A DNA stretch of 64,000 nucleotides from Podarcis vaucheri (lineage: Eukaryota). The notes below the pieces were generated by a model, which saw only the letters and a program-made list of their open reading frames with translations, did not search any database and had not been told where the DNA came from. The position numbers were made by a program, and so were the translations under genes. Position 1 is the stretch's first letter. Every line of letters starts with the position of its first letter. The stretch lies in NCBI GenBank assembly GCA_965113315.1, contig OZ220370.1; one strand, given 5' to 3'. Below are positions 24,826-38,943 of this stretch, piece by piece.

Positions 24826-27800
24826 CCTCAACAACAGAGAGACCGGGAGAAAGGTCAGAAGGTCAAAAGCAATAAGTGTTGCTCAGTCCTCAAGCAAATG
24901 AAGCGTCATTGAGTGATGGCAACAACATGGGAGGTGGGGTTAAATTGCACAGCCTGGATGTGAAGCAGTCTCCACTTAGAGATCTGCCACTAATCATAGC
25001 AGTCTCAGATATAGTCACATTACACACCACAGCCTCTTCTTGGTGAAATCAATAACACATTCTACCGAACGAGATAAAATATGGGTAATTTATTGGCATC
25101 ATATTTTGGCTCCAATTTAAGTGAAAATTGCACCACAATCCAACACACACTTACTTAAAAGTATATTAAATTGAGAACTAGGCCTAATTCTCACGTATTG
25201 ATGAAAATGTCTTATTAGAAAGTGTCATCCAATTTATAGCCTCTTTCCTGAATCTGAATGCCTAGAAAGTTGTGCTTCAAGAAATGTCTATGTAACCAAA
25301 TTGTGGAATAATATGCCTGTTATGATAAAATTAAGTCCATAGTATCACCGTTTTCATGTCCAATTTCCAGAAAGTGAAATAACGGGGGGAAAGGAAGGGG
25401 GTGGTTAACCCTTTGGTCACTTGCTCACTTTCATGTTACAAATTGTTGTTCCGCCCCCCCCTCCCGGCAGCATCCTCTACCCACCTGCTCCTGTGGAACT
25501 GCAAATATGGTAAAATAGAGGAAAGGAATGACCTGGAGTCGAGAAGTGGCTGGCAGCAAAAGGGTTAAGGAATATTCATTTATTATCTTTATATTCTTCC
25601 TAATTTCCCAAAGAAAATCAAAGTGGCTAACAATTCCAACCATCGCAAAAGTATTACAATATGTAGCAACCGCACGCCAAACCCAATCATAAGATAAAAA
25701 TGTTGACATAAGAAACCTATTCCAAATCCACCACAACTAATTCCAAACAGCCATTAGAAAGAAATTATTTGGATAAACAAGAAAAAGAAACTATTCAACT
25801 GAAGGACCTCTCAAACACCTACATTTTTACTTGCTGCCTAAAGTGCTCTTTCATACATTGGTTGCCACAGCGTGAGTGCCACTACTGTCAACACTCTACC
25901 CCCTGGGCTGGCCCTACCATTAGACAGATTGAGGCAACTGCCTCAAGCACTGATGCTTAGGTGAAGTAGTAGCATCTCCTAAGTAGCATCTCCTGGCCAT
26001 TCTTCCTGAGTTCTACTCTGTTGTCCTACATGCTCTCCTGGCCCCTCTAATATGGCTTGCTGCCTTAGGTGTGGTGGAGGGTGCTATCCCATTATCCGTG
26101 TTAAACTTAACTATCAGTCAGTCAAGGTTCTGCATGTGGAACTGAGAAGGGGAGCCATTTTGTCCTTTACCTCAGGCAGCAAAATGTATTGGGCTGGGCC
26201 TGCCTAGCCCCGATTACTGCAAGCCATGCCTCATGGAATCCTGTCCCTGCTACTTCTTTGACCCTGAGCACCTCTTCAGAAGGGTTTTTTTTTTTTTTTG
26301 CTTATACAAAGGTTGGTCAGGATAACATTACCAACCACCTGCCCATGTGATGACTTATTTGACCCTGACAAGCACACACCATTTATATACAGTTTTCAGC
26401 TGGGATATTGAACTGAATAACTCACCGCTGCCTGCAACTTCTCAAATATTCCACATACCCTCTAGATCCTAAAGCTGGAGGCTTCAGAAGGCAAGACACA
26501 GAGAGACACATCCATGGGGAGAAAATCCTTGCCTGACCCTGTTGGGTAGCCATAGGCTTCTAGCATGCTACATCAGAGGCGTAGAGGGCACAAACCAGAA
26601 TGTGCCCCAAGACTGGATTTCTTAAAGGACACAATAAAATAGAAATACTCCTAACTTTAACAAGCTAACCCAAGAGGAAGTTTCCAGCTTCAAAAGAATA
26701 AGAGAAACACCCCTCAGGCTCGCTCCATTTTGGATACTTTCATTTCAGATAGGAATCCTTCCATCAGTGTGAGTGACCTGTGGTGTTTTTGCCGCAAAGC
26801 TCCAGCTAAAACTGGAAACACACATTTTCTTCACAAGCGAAGGAGGAGAAAACACAAACAGTATACTTCTTTTCCTTTGGGGAATAATGGATGATATAGC
26901 CCTTTAAAGAGAGAGAGCGTAAACAGCAGAAACTCTACTAAGGGCTGGAGAGTTGGTGAGTAAAGGCACAGGCTTTAGAAAAAGGTGGGGTGTAATTTAT
27001 ACCACCTCAGGAATTGCTCTGGGAGGCATCTTGCCTCAAAGGCAACTTCTGCTCAGCCATCTCCCTGCTTATGGGTGTGGAAGGTTTAGTAATTGCCAGC
27101 AGTAAATTACTAACATCCCCCAGTGATGCTGGCTCTGCTCATTTGGCCCATTCCTTGCTTCTTCACACATGCCTGCTTCAGGGAGGCAATAAAGAGGCAG
27201 CTGACAGCATTGGTTCCTAAGAGCCAGATCTCAACATCTATATATTCCAAATAGGGTTGTACAAGCGAGGTGCTAAAAGAAATTACTGGGGGTGGAAAGG
27301 CAATTTGTGCCTCTTCTTCACCCCCTCACTACTTCCTCCCTGCTTCCTCCTCCTCCTCCTATCTCACAGCATCCCCTATATCCTCCACAGCTAGGGATGG
27401 GGGAATAATTCAATTCAGTTTGCATTCAAAGGTGAATCTCCTGGTTTTTCACTTTCTGAAACAATTTGAGAACAAATATGTTCAAAATTCCCTTATCCAA
27501 AATTTGTGTTGTTTGATTCTGATGTGTGCATCAGTTTAAAATGCATTCAAACATGTGCTTATTATTAGAAATTTGCAATAAAATGCTGATGAATTTTCAT
27601 GATTATTTTTTTAAAAAATAAAAAACCGGGTCAAACTGCTGCAGAATGGTAGATAACTGAATTTAAGATTGGAAAGAAGAGAAATTGGGAGACCCAAAAT
27701 TGCCAGATCTTACCAATCCTTATTTGCACCTCACGAACTCACTCCCTTTCTTCACTCGTCTCCTGACATTGATCTGGCAGAAACAAAGTGCCCAGCTGCT

Positions 27801-30624
27801 GAAACATGCTGCCAGGACTCCTGTATCTGCAGACAACCCTGCTGACATCTTTCAAGAGCCTATTGCAGGGCTAGAGAACCTTAGCTCTCCAGATGTGCAA
27901 TTGTGCAAATGTTTATTTTATAGTAAATAGTAGCCATGCAGTCCTTTGATCCAAGTTGGGACCACAAGGGCAAGTGGGCAATCTTTAACTCTGTACCCTG
28001 CCAGCACTCCAGTGCCAAGCAAGATCACACACCCACTGCCTGCAGTTTGTATCAGAAGGAAAGCTCCTACCTGCACAAATGGGAGTTTTCTTCCCCATGC
28101 AGACATCAGCTGCAGAGGCTCCCAATCTCATGGAAAGGACAAAAGCTTCAAGAAGCCCTCTTCTCCCTCCTGCAGTCCCAGTCTGGTTTGGGAGAGGTCT
28201 GCTATTTACTTTATACATTTTTTAAAAAAACAAACAAGCATGCATGCCATTAAGAATTGCATGAATAACCTCACGTCCAGTTTGGCCCCAAATCTGTGGC
28301 AAGTGAAGATCTCATCATTAAAAATGTCACAGAGCCCAGGAACCACTCAGCAAAGTTCCTCGAAATAGGAGTGGAAGTGTTGCCTTGCCCACATCTGTGA
28401 ATTTAGTCCTGGTGCCCATTTTAATAGGCCTCTAATATGCAACCCAGTTGTGAGGAAATGGAATCGTTTTTCAATAGCAACTAATAAATGCAATATCGTA
28501 TAAGTAACAGTTAACACTTTTTATTTCACCAGCCTTATTACACAAAGGGAAACTCGGGCAGCAATGTGCCAGATGCGCCCCCCCACCCCTGAAGTCCTGT
28601 TTCCCTATTCATATCAGTTTTCTATGGTTTACTGACAAAGCATTATTCCAGGCACAGAGTTCCATCTCCAAATCATATCCATTGCAGCTGCACCTGCACT
28701 CTTTTCTCTTGAGCATCTGGCTGTGAATAATAAAGTTGATCACCGAGTCCTCCCACTCAGTTATTGGCATCTCACTTTGCTGGGGTATTGCTGCAATACA
28801 TCTTTAGAACAGATCCATGCTCTGAGACTTGTTAGAGTAATACACGCTGCCTGCTTTATAAGGAATTCGAATACACATGTGAGCCAGAGAGACGGGGTGG
28901 GGGAAACGGCAAACTTGATGCATGGCAAACCCACACGTAGCTCTTTTTCACTCAAGCACAAATATGGAAACAGATTTTGTTTAAATGCTGTGTGGAAGTT
29001 GTTCCAGCATCAGGAGAATATCTCTTAACATTATTTTTGCATGAATCTGTAACAAGTGTGAAATCTTAACAGCATATTTATTCTTTCCCTCTGTGCGCCT
29101 GTTTTCTGTGCTGTTTCTCTGTTCTGTTATTGAAAGTGGATAAAGAAATGCATTTCCTTTTCTGTCCCATGATGTACGGTGCTTCCACAATCAGTTTGGC
29201 CAAAGATTACTACTGGGTGGGCAGGGGAGAGGAATGTATGAATGCTCCGTATGTAACTCTATCACATAGCCTTTGGTTGCTATCCAGATAATGTGTTCCG
29301 TCAGGGGGAGGATTTTCACTTGCTCAGTGGAACTCTGCCCCCTCTCCTGCCCCCTGGGACCCCTACATCTGTTTTAGGGGTTCCCCCCAACCCATTGGAG
29401 TAGCTTTGGAGAGGGTATGGAATGCACATGGGGAGAGGAGTGGGGCAGAGGCTCCGCTGTACACAAGGAAATTCTTGAGCTGATGGAACATGTTAGTTGG
29501 ATACAATCCTTTAAGTCAGTTATTTAAAGTATTACTTCTATCCAGCCAGAATCACAACATTTATTGAATGCCTTGTTTGGGTTGTAGGAACTTGATTGAT
29601 TTCCCTCAAAATCAATTATTCAAAGATTCACACAAGTTTGATCTAAATATAGCCAAACCAGATAGAGAATTTAGTACAGATGTGTTGCTCTATTGCATGT
29701 GTAAATGTTTGTTTGTTTTTTAAATTGCTGTTACAGTATTTCTGTTTCACCATCACTTAATTTGATTGTCCATCAGCCCCCTTCACACAACAGGTACAGA
29801 AATGGGCACTGTTAGTGTAGCAGCTTAAGCTGGGCAAATATACTCTTGGCCATAGCTGCCATGTTAGAATCCAGGATCAAAACTGGGTTCTATAGAATGA
29901 CCAGATTGTGCACATGATCTTCCTTGACTTTCCTAGGCTGAGATGGAAAAGGAGAGAGAGAGAGATCTGAGTGTCATTGGCATACAGATAACATCAAACT
30001 CCAATCTTCTGAGCACTTTCATGTAGATGCAAAACTCTATATGTTACATTCTCTTCAGTGGGAGTTATTTATATAAAAGATTTGAATGAAGGCAACATTT
30101 GGTATTTTTCAAAATGGCAGGTATGATCGTTGATCATAATCAAAGGTGTGTGTGTGTATTACAACAGAGAAGGAAAAAACCCACATTGTCAGCTGACATT
30201 AATGATTGAAATATACCATCTGTCCTTAGTTTGGTGTATGACCTGCCTGTATGAATTTATATGTCCAAATAGGAATGCAAATGAGATGGACAACTGCACT
30301 GTTTTTTAGTTTTTGTTTTTTTAAATAGTTGTTTTTAATTACTGTAATTAACCACCGGATAATAACATCACTAGACTGCATTGAATTCAACACTGCCAGT
30401 TAAGGCACTACATTTTATATAAACCCCAAAATAATGACTTAAGAGACTCTACAGCCTTTAATGAGCAGGTTCTGGAGGAAGATTTGATGAAGGGAAGGGA
30501 GACATTTTGAGAATCTGTAAGATGGGGGCAAATAAGTCAGTTTAATTCATTCAGTAGGAGAGGGAGCTCAGAGACAGGCTGGGTGATGATGATTGTTGCA
30601 GTGTTTGTGAGGAAGGAAGGGTTA

Positions 30625-30890
30625 ATATTTTCCACCTGTGAAACTTTGAGAAAAGCTTACTTTAAAGTGATGTCTAAATGGTACCTTACCCCTTGGCGAC
30701 TGAGAAAAATCACAGGTCTTAGCTGTGGTTGCTGCTGGCAAAACTATGTCTTGAAAGACACCTATTTGCATATGTGGCTGAACTGCCCCAAAGTCATAAC
30801 ATACTGGTGTGAAATTCTAAGTATGGTCACAAGACTGGCTGGCTATGAATTACCCTTGAATGCTTCATATATTCAGCCTTGCCTCAGCTG
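30625..30890 (+). mobile_element. L1-clade ORF2 C-terminal fragment
   Basis: FKVMSKWYLTP.RL...CW...TYLHMWLNCPKV matches the WYLTP and degenerate CCHC zinc-knuckle region of non-mammalian L1 ORF2. Confidence 0.7.
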
Positions 30891-31589
30891 ATGAGGAATC
30901 AAAATGGTTTCTACCAAGGGAGGTCCCACTTCATTAGACTTTGGGAATTCTTGAGAGAATGTCAACTGTTTGTAGAGAGGAATGATCCAGTACATATTAT
31001 ATACTTTTGAAAATATCCCTCACCCATTGCTGTTGAGTAAACATAGCAATCATGGAACAAGATGACTGTGGTCTTGCAGACTGGTAAAAAAATTGGAAGC
31101 AGCGGATACCAGTAAACGGGCAGTTCACCCAGTGGAGGAAGTAAGCAGCAGGGTCTGTCAAAGACACACACTGAGACAAGTGCTATTTGATATATTCATA
31201 AATCTGGAGTTAAGTGACTAGTGAAGTGGCCAAGTTATTAAAAGGTACCCAATTATGTAGCATGGTGAGAAGCCAAATGGACTATAAAGAACTCCAATAG
31301 GATTCCCCACCCCAAGATCCCAACTGTATAGCAAAATGGCACACAAAGCCCAATCTAAGTAACAGTAATGATTAATTTAGGGGAGAAAGACGTATAAACA
31401 GATAGGATCTGAGATGATGTGGATTAACCTACAAAGAGAAGGTGGGATCATGGTGGGAGAGCTCAAGGAAACATCAAGTCAGCAGTGTGTCAGGGGTTTA
31501 TAAAGACAAGTTCAGTGCAAGCAATTATTAGGAAATCGGTTGAAAATAAAATAGCCAGTATCTCAATGCACATATCATATAAACTTATG

Positions 31590-32010
31590 GAATGTCTATA
31601 TTTGGAATGCTGTTTACAGTTCTAGTTGCCCCAACTAAAAATGGATAGAGATGCCAAAAGGGTTAGCCAAATTGATTAAAGGGCTGGGACATCTATATGA
31701 TGAAAGCATTAGGGACCTTTTTGTTTAGGAAAAATATGATGGGTTTAGAAAATTATGAATGGTGTGGTTAGAAGGTGATTCAGAGCATTGGAACTCATTG
31801 AGATTGTTGGGAATAGGCTCAGGACGAAGAAAGTAATTCACTTTCCCACACAATGCACCATTAATATATAGAATTTGCCACCACCCAATATGGTGATGAT
31901 CATTAATCTAGATAGCTTTAAAAGGGGGAAGGCAAATTCATGGAGGATCAATAGGTATTGGGCACGAAAGATAAATGAAGCCTTCAGGTTCAAACGCATG
32001 GTGCCTCTGA
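31590..32010 (+). mobile_element. Degraded CR1 LINE fragment
   Basis: gaatgctgtttacagttctag (EYCVQFW-like), KLIKGLGHL and LDSFKRG remnants plus the CR1-type 3' region. Confidence 0.6.
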
Positions 32011-32724
32011 ATGGAAGCTTCTGTAGAACTTCACAGAGATGCAGAGTCCTTCAGTTGTGAAGCAGCAGCTTACTTTGGACTCCTTGTTTGCGGCACTGAA
32101 TGAATGGATTGTATGCTAATGGGGAAGAGGATATGGTCCACTGGATGAAACACTGTCTGAATGAAATTCACAGACAGATTTTCAAATGAACTCTATATAT
32201 TTGTTCTAAGTCTACTTGCACCATCTGGCTACAGTGGTACTAGAGACTTTTACTTCCCTCCCCCTTCGGAATCGCCTTCTCTGTATCTCCCTGCCTCATT
32301 GACTTTCTACTTCTTTTCAAATCTCATCAGAAAATGCATCTTTTCTCCCTTGCCTATAGCTCTTAATTTCCCCCTCTCTCTGCTATTATTTAACACTGTT
32401 AACAGTTGTATTTTGTTGTATGTTGTAAATAATGAAGCATAAAACCTTCCATAAAGAATGAGCCACAAACTGTTAGGTTCAGGGATGCCCACATTTTTAA
32501 AGAAATAAGCAGGGATATTTTTTGGTGGTTTTTGTTCCAATCTTGTCTAGGGGGAAATATATAAAGTTACCAGTTTCTTTTGCATGATTGGGCAACTCCT
32601 CGCAGCATGCATAAAGCATTGGGATGTAGCATTGCGACCCTGCACCTAAACATAGTGTTGCCACCTGTCTGAAGCCACTTGAGAATCTGAAGGGGCAAAT
32701 GAAGGGGCAAATCATATACACATA

Positions 32725-33000
32725 TGAAGAGCTTTATACTGAGTTAGGCTGCTGGTCCACGTAGCCTAGAATGGTCTCTACCTGTGACTTTCATCTCTGC
32801 CCCTCAGAAGAGTCTTCTTCAGCCCTGCTGGCCAAGATCCTTCAATGGGTAGTGCTAGTAGAGACTGAATCAGAGACCTTCCACTTGCAAAATCATAGAA
32901 TTGTAGAGTTGGAAAAGATCCTGAGGATCATCTAGTCCAACCCTCTGCAATGCAGGAATATGCAGCTGTCTGCTCTACCAATGAGCTATGGGCTTTCCTA
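32725..33000 (-). mobile_element. Degraded Squam2-like SINE interrupted by a short CR1-type 3' fragment (~32892-32970)
   Basis: tRNA head remnant (rc CATAGCTCATTGGTAGAGCA) separated from the SINE body by atcatagaattgtagagttggaa...tagtccaaccc, a typical reverse-oriented CR1 end. Confidence 0.5.
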
Positions 33001-33445
33001 TGTAGACTTAAATATATGGGTATAAACAGAGACACCTCACAATATTTCTGTAATACAATTTATGTATATGATCAATATGCTTGTACCACATAGCAACATA
33101 ACATTTAACTGCTTAACATTTATACAGGGGCAGCACCATGTCAAACCCTGTGCAAGTACACAAAAGTGAGGTTGGGCATGTCCAGGCAAGAATGATTGTG
33201 ACACCACTACCTCAACATGGAAAGAAATGATGCTGAACCGGCCAGGATGAAACAATGACTAGTTATGGATCATGAGGTGCCTGTGATCTATTGTAGATAA
33301 ACAAGTCAAGGAATGAGAGAAGTCTAGAATTTGCAAAGTGTTGTAAAAATGGCTCAGTCAGTCCAATAGCAGGCCTTTAGAGGACATTGATAGGTATTCC
33401 TCATTACTTACCAATTATGGATTGGATCTAGGCTAAGGCTAAGGC

Positions 33446-33662
33446 CAATACTTTGGCCACCTCATGAGAAGAGAAGACTCCCTGGAAAAGACCCTGATGT
33501 TGGGAAAGATGGAGGGCACAAGGAGAAGGGGACAACAGAGGATGAGATGGTTGGATAGTTGACCAAACTGTGGGAGGCAGTGGAAGACAGGAGTGCCTGG
33601 GGTGCTCTGATCCATGCAGTCACGAAGAGACAGACACGACTAAATGACTAAACAACAACAAC
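33446..33662 (+). mobile_element. Bov-B (RTE) LINE 3' fragment with internal deletion
   Basis: QYFGHLMRREDSLEKTLMLGKMEG; (CAA)n tail; ~11-bp TSD AAGGCTAAGGC; lacks ~25 bp present in the 38944 copy. Confidence 0.92.
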
Positions 33663-34729
33663 AAGGCTAAGGCTGCAGTTCTTTGCACACTAACCTTGGA
33701 AGTAGGTTGCTCTGAGTGCAATGAGACTTACTTCCAAGTAGACACATGTAGGATTGTACTCTTAGCCACACTTAAGTCCCACTGAAGTCAATGGGAAAAG
33801 TTAATCATCACTAACTCAATAAGTTCCTCTGATAGAGGGAGAAATGATTAGGTGTGGGTGTCTCACCACTAGGGAAAATCTACCACAGCAGAGGTCCCTG
33901 CTGCAGCCACCAGAAGCAAGTGGTTGAGAAGCGACCTGGAGGGTGCTGAAGTGGGGAATTACAGGAGTGGGTGCATGAATCTACTGGATCCCAATCTGAT
34001 CTGCTGTAGCAGCCTGAAGGTGATACAGCGAAGAAGAAGACCACCATCTACCCTTGTCAGAAGGTACTACCTGGTCCCTCTTAGGACTGCTCTGCCTGTC
34101 TGGATCCAACCATATGTTTTACTGCATGGGTGTTGTGTATGAAGCTGAAAAGATTCACACTCCAAACCTGAAGATCATCTGAGGTCAGTGAAGGTGAATG
34201 GCTTAAATTAGCCGAGCTCGCAAAGTGGGATGTTTTGGTAATTTACTGCTCTTGCAGACAAAGTGATAATGCCAAGTGATAGTATCACAGATCAGGAGAG
34301 AGCGAGCAGGAGGGAAGATGCCTCTCAGGCAGAATACCTCTTGGTTGCATAGCTTGCATACCACCCGCTTTGCTCAGAGCTGTGTCTACCGACGCAAACC
34401 AGCCCTTGGGCACCTGCCTGCTGTTCTGTATACAAATACAATAAATATTCTGATGTCAACAGAAAAACAAAGACCATTGATTTTGGAACTGGTAACAGTG
34501 GCCAGACCAGCTCTTGCAGTCCAATCCTCTACATGTTTACTAAAAAGTCATCTCACTATGCTCAATGGGGTTACTTCCCAATAGGTGTGCAGAGGGGTGT
34601 AACCTCAGTCACTTCAATGCATTACAGGACACCCACATATTACACTTGTTATTCCAGCTTGAAGGTCTAACCCCAAAGGCCGCTGTGTGCATGGGGAGGG
34701 AGGACCCCAGTTGATTTTGGTAGCAATGA

Positions 34730-34922
34730 AAAGGCTTAGGATATTTTTTTTTTAAAAAACAACAGAATAAAGTCAACAGCGGGATTTCAATGGCAGAATT
34801 GATGTCTGGGGGAATTTCTGAAAGGCAGTCTTTTGTTCTTCAAGAATTTTGGGGGTTTTCTAAAAAAGTCAACAACTTTCAGGGTGTCCTGGTTTTTTAC
34901 TTCTTGAAATATGGCAACCCTA
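34730..34922 (-). mobile_element. Non-autonomous DNA transposon relic with TAGGGTTGCCA end (partner copy at 41516-41750, plus strand)
   Basis: rc tagggttgccatatttcaagaagtaaaaaaccaggacac matches 41516 tagggttgccatatttcaaaaagtgaaaatccagacac. Confidence 0.6.
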
Positions 34923-36002
34923 CCAAATCTCTATTTTGATGAAAACCACAAGGGTCAGGGGTCATTTGGCAACACATCCTTACATTCCTCTGTTCCCTTT
35001 TGGCTTCCAAATTACCTCATATTTCCACCCTGTTCTCTAATAATACCACCTATTATTCTGGCAAGGCTCCTGTGTGTTTAAGAGCTGGATGATAGGCAGA
35101 ACTTGTCTTGCACTGGTATACCAGAACTTCTGATTAGTTGGGTGAGGGCAACAAGGTTTATTTTGCTCATGTGGCATTGTGACAAGACAACGTTTGCACT
35201 GCACACTCAGATTCTAAGCTCTGAGTCAAAACAGTTTAATGTGTGAAGCAATGTTTGATTTCTCAGTTACAATATGAGTAGAGTACAGAGTTTCAGTGGA
35301 GCAGTCTGAGCTTGTCTGAGTACTAATAAAGTGTACAACTTCAGCTGAAGAGGTACGGAAAGTAACATTAAATGAGCTCTTCCTCCTCCTGCTGGTCAGA
35401 GAGGTGAACTGTTGTTTGTCACCTTAAAATCAATTGTTTCCTTTTGTTTTTAGTATCTTATCTCGGTACAATATGCATTTTACTGTTTGTGCTTGCTGTA
35501 TGTGTAGTGGTAGTGGAATGTTAAATATTTCTTCAAAAACTTTAAAAGAGCACAAAGCTCTAAGAAAGACTAATAGCTAACATGAGTTTACCTGGCATAA
35601 TACACTATATACTAATATAACAAACCACTTCAGAGTGTTCTTGTGTTCATGTCTTGCTTGCAAGATTCCCACTGGCATCTAGTTGTTCATTGTGAGAAGA
35701 GAATGTTGGACTAGATGGACTTATGGTCTGATCCAGCACAATTAAAATAATGCAAGTCTACAGCATTCCAAGACCTGATATCTGATGTAACAAAAGGAAA
35801 ACGTGTGTTCCTTAATCCAGACAATTCCGTGTGAAATGCAACAATTCAAAGATTCTGTTCTCTTCGTTGTACATTTTTAAAGGCAATAAAATTTCCAAAC
35901 TAATTTCTGCCAAATATAAGCTTCAAAGATCTTACATGTGATTTGCATGATAGAAAGCAGCACACATGGTGCAGATACGGTGAGGTTATGCATTTGAATG
36001 TA

Positions 36003-36216
36003 CAGTGGTACCTCTAGTTACGAGCTTAACTCATTCCAGAGGTCCGTTCTTAACCTGAAACTGTTCTTAAGTAGAGGCATGCTTTTGCTAATGGGGCCTC
36101 TTGCTGCTGGCACACAATTTCCGTTCTCATCCTGGGGCAAAGTTCTCAACTCGAGGTAACTCTTCCAGGTTAGCGGAGTTTGTAACCCGAAGCATTTGTA
36201 ACTTGAGGTGCCACTG
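36003..36216. mobile_element. Tigger/pogo-like MITE
   Basis: TA TSD on both sides; TIRs CAGTGGTACCTC / GAGGTGCCACTG; homologous to 2273-2500. Confidence 0.88.
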
Positions 36217-37199
36217 TACTTGCTGAGTGATTTGTGTTTCCCAAACCTCAGTGGTGTTCTATAGAACATGTCTGTAAAACTCAGCTGCATGGAAGGAAAA
36301 TGTCTCATGGCAACAATTAACACTTACAGCTCAGATTTTCAAAATAAAGTTTTCAAATTCATTTGCAGGCATTTCTGTTTTGACATGTTGTGGTTCTGTA
36401 TGTAACATGGACAAAGGAACTAATAGCAAAAATCCCCAACTGATTAACACAGTTGTCAGCTGCACAAATACACACAACATACAGTTTAAACAAACTTGCA
36501 TTCCTTATGGAGACCAAATTGAGTGTCATCTTTTCAAACAGTGCCTTAACAAAACAGCATTCACACATGGATTTTGGTCATCTGCTCCGACCAGACAGGT
36601 ATTTGGACTGATGACAAAGAGCAAACATCACCCATCTTCCATTGCCAGCCCCCTGAGCCATCTTCACACCCATTCTCAAAGAAATCAATATGTAATTTCC
36701 CTTGAGTATCTTAAAGGTCACAGAAATATTTATTGATGTTAGTGATATCTTTACCCTGATCTTACTTGAGCTATTCTGGGGTCAAGAGTGGAATTGGATG
36801 CCTCAAATTCATAGTCACAGCAGGGTTAAAATAAGCAAAGCAAGGAGCACGGATATGTGCTTTCCATGTTTAGTCTAAATGAAGGGGAGAAACCCTGAGA
36901 GAGGTCACATTGACTCAGTCACAGAATCAGTGACATGGTCACACAACACAATTCAAAACAAAAACAGGGCTGATATTACTCTGGGAAAATATGTGATGAG
37001 CAGGTCACTATGGAAGACTCAACCCTCATGCAGCTCAAGAGTTTGCTCATTGTAACGGTAGGCACTCATGTTTGATTGTTTGGGAATTGGGAAGCCATTT
37101 TGTGGGAACAGAGAACCTCTAATGTTTTGCATTATTGTTGTTGGCATGTGACTGTGGTTTGTTTGTTTTAACTAAAATATAACTGTCTGTATTAGAGAC

Positions 37200-38580
37200 C
37201 TTCAGGTCCACAAGGATGGACTACAAGTATTCAGAAATATCATACCAGTGCATCTGGCTTCAAACTCTGTCACTTTGTATTTACGCATAATTACTTCAGT
37301 TTTGGGTAGTACATGTATTTCCATGGCTCCACATTACTCCAACATCTTCATCATTGACCCGGAACAATGGTTGCCCAGTTCCTGACCCCCAAAACCCATT
37401 TTTCTTCTTCTATCCAATACACACTGATGATATCTCTATCATCTGTACTCAGACAGAAATGCTTGTGTAGTTCCACCAAGACTGCAGGAACATTCATCCC
37501 ACCATCAACCTCAGCCTAGACCAGCCCACACAAAAAGTTCATTTTCTTGATGCTACTGTGAAACTCTGCAATGGACATTTAAACATCACCTTATATAGTA
37601 AACTCACTGACTTCTACACCTATTTACACAACACAAAAACCACTGTCCGTCTACAGCTGAGCCTTACAATACAACCACCTCTGTCAAGACAGAGACTCAA
37701 AAACAAACAAACAAAATACATCTGATATTCCACTGACAACAATATGGACACAACAATCTTAAAAAAAAAAAAGCATACCAACAAGGCCACCTATAATCCA
37801 CAACCTATCCTGGACAATGGTGCTTCCCTCTCACAGAGCTTGGGTGGCGTGCCTGTGCTTACCTAAAACAGCCCCTGACTAAAATAGCAACAATACAACA
37901 GTATATGGTCACAGAGATCAGCTCTGTGGCAGATGCAGATGCCAACTTTGTCTCCATGTTTCCTTGTATGTAACACTTTTATAGGACCTAATGATGTCAT
38001 ATGCGACATCAGGGGTTCATTCCCCTGGTCATCTTCCAATATGATTCATACCATAATCTACCCATAATGCCCTTCTGCATTCTACATAGGACAAGCAGGC
38101 CAGTCTCTGTGCAAAAGAGTAAATACGCATACTTTTGTTGTCAGAAATTGCAAAAAGGGAAATCCAGCCTTTTAGGGCACTTTTCAAGCAACCTTGACAT
38201 GGACATAAGGGAACAAGGAAACTTCAAAGGAATACTGCAATTTGAAATGGCTGAATTACAATTTGACAGGTGGTTCAGTGCAATCACTTGTGGATTGAAA
38301 CAGAATAATGGATTTTTATATCAACAGTACATGCGTTAATTTGTTTACCAATACCAGGATGTCTGTGTTATCAAACACATGTATTTTAGTGACTGGTCAC
38401 TAAATCTATAGATTTCTGCTTTTCCTTTCCTTCTAATTTCATTGTTTACATGCACATCCCCTCCTCAGCTTGTATACAAGTGCCAGCAACTCATGAAAAC
38501 TTTTCATGCATCTGATCATGAAAGCTTATGCCATAACAAATTTATTAGTCTTTAAGGGGCTACAAGATTCTTGGTCTTTT
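37200..38580 (+). mobile_element. Decayed Penelope-like element (RT + GIY-YIG endonuclease remnants + pLTR end)
   Basis: MAPHYSNIF (37323), HTDDISIICT (YIDD-equivalent, ~37420), TINLSLDQ...VHFLDATV...TLYSKLTD (37501-37611), CPSAFYIGQAGQSLCKRVN (38068), and 3' gaaagcttatgcc...tagtctttaagg.gctacaag. Confidence 0.82.
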
Positions 38581-38943
38581 CCCTGGCAGTGCTTTACTTG
38601 TGTCTAGTTATGGTAGCTGCATAAGAGTTTTATTTATTTACCTTATTTATAGTCTACCCTTCACCACATGGCCCCAGGGTAGAGATAAATCACATAAAAA
38701 TCATAAAATGGACAACAAACACTATAAAATAGCACAATAATAAAACACACAACCCACCATACTCAAGTTCCTTCAGAGGTTGTTGACTCCAACTGTTGCA
38801 GTAGCTTGCAAGCCATGAAGCAGACTTAGAGAAAACTAAATATTATTTCCATGGCATTCCCAAGTCCTCCTCTGGCACACCTGTGAGGAGATGGGAAACT
38901 TCTTCCTCCATTTTAGATTAAGTTGTGACTAATCTTAAATGGA

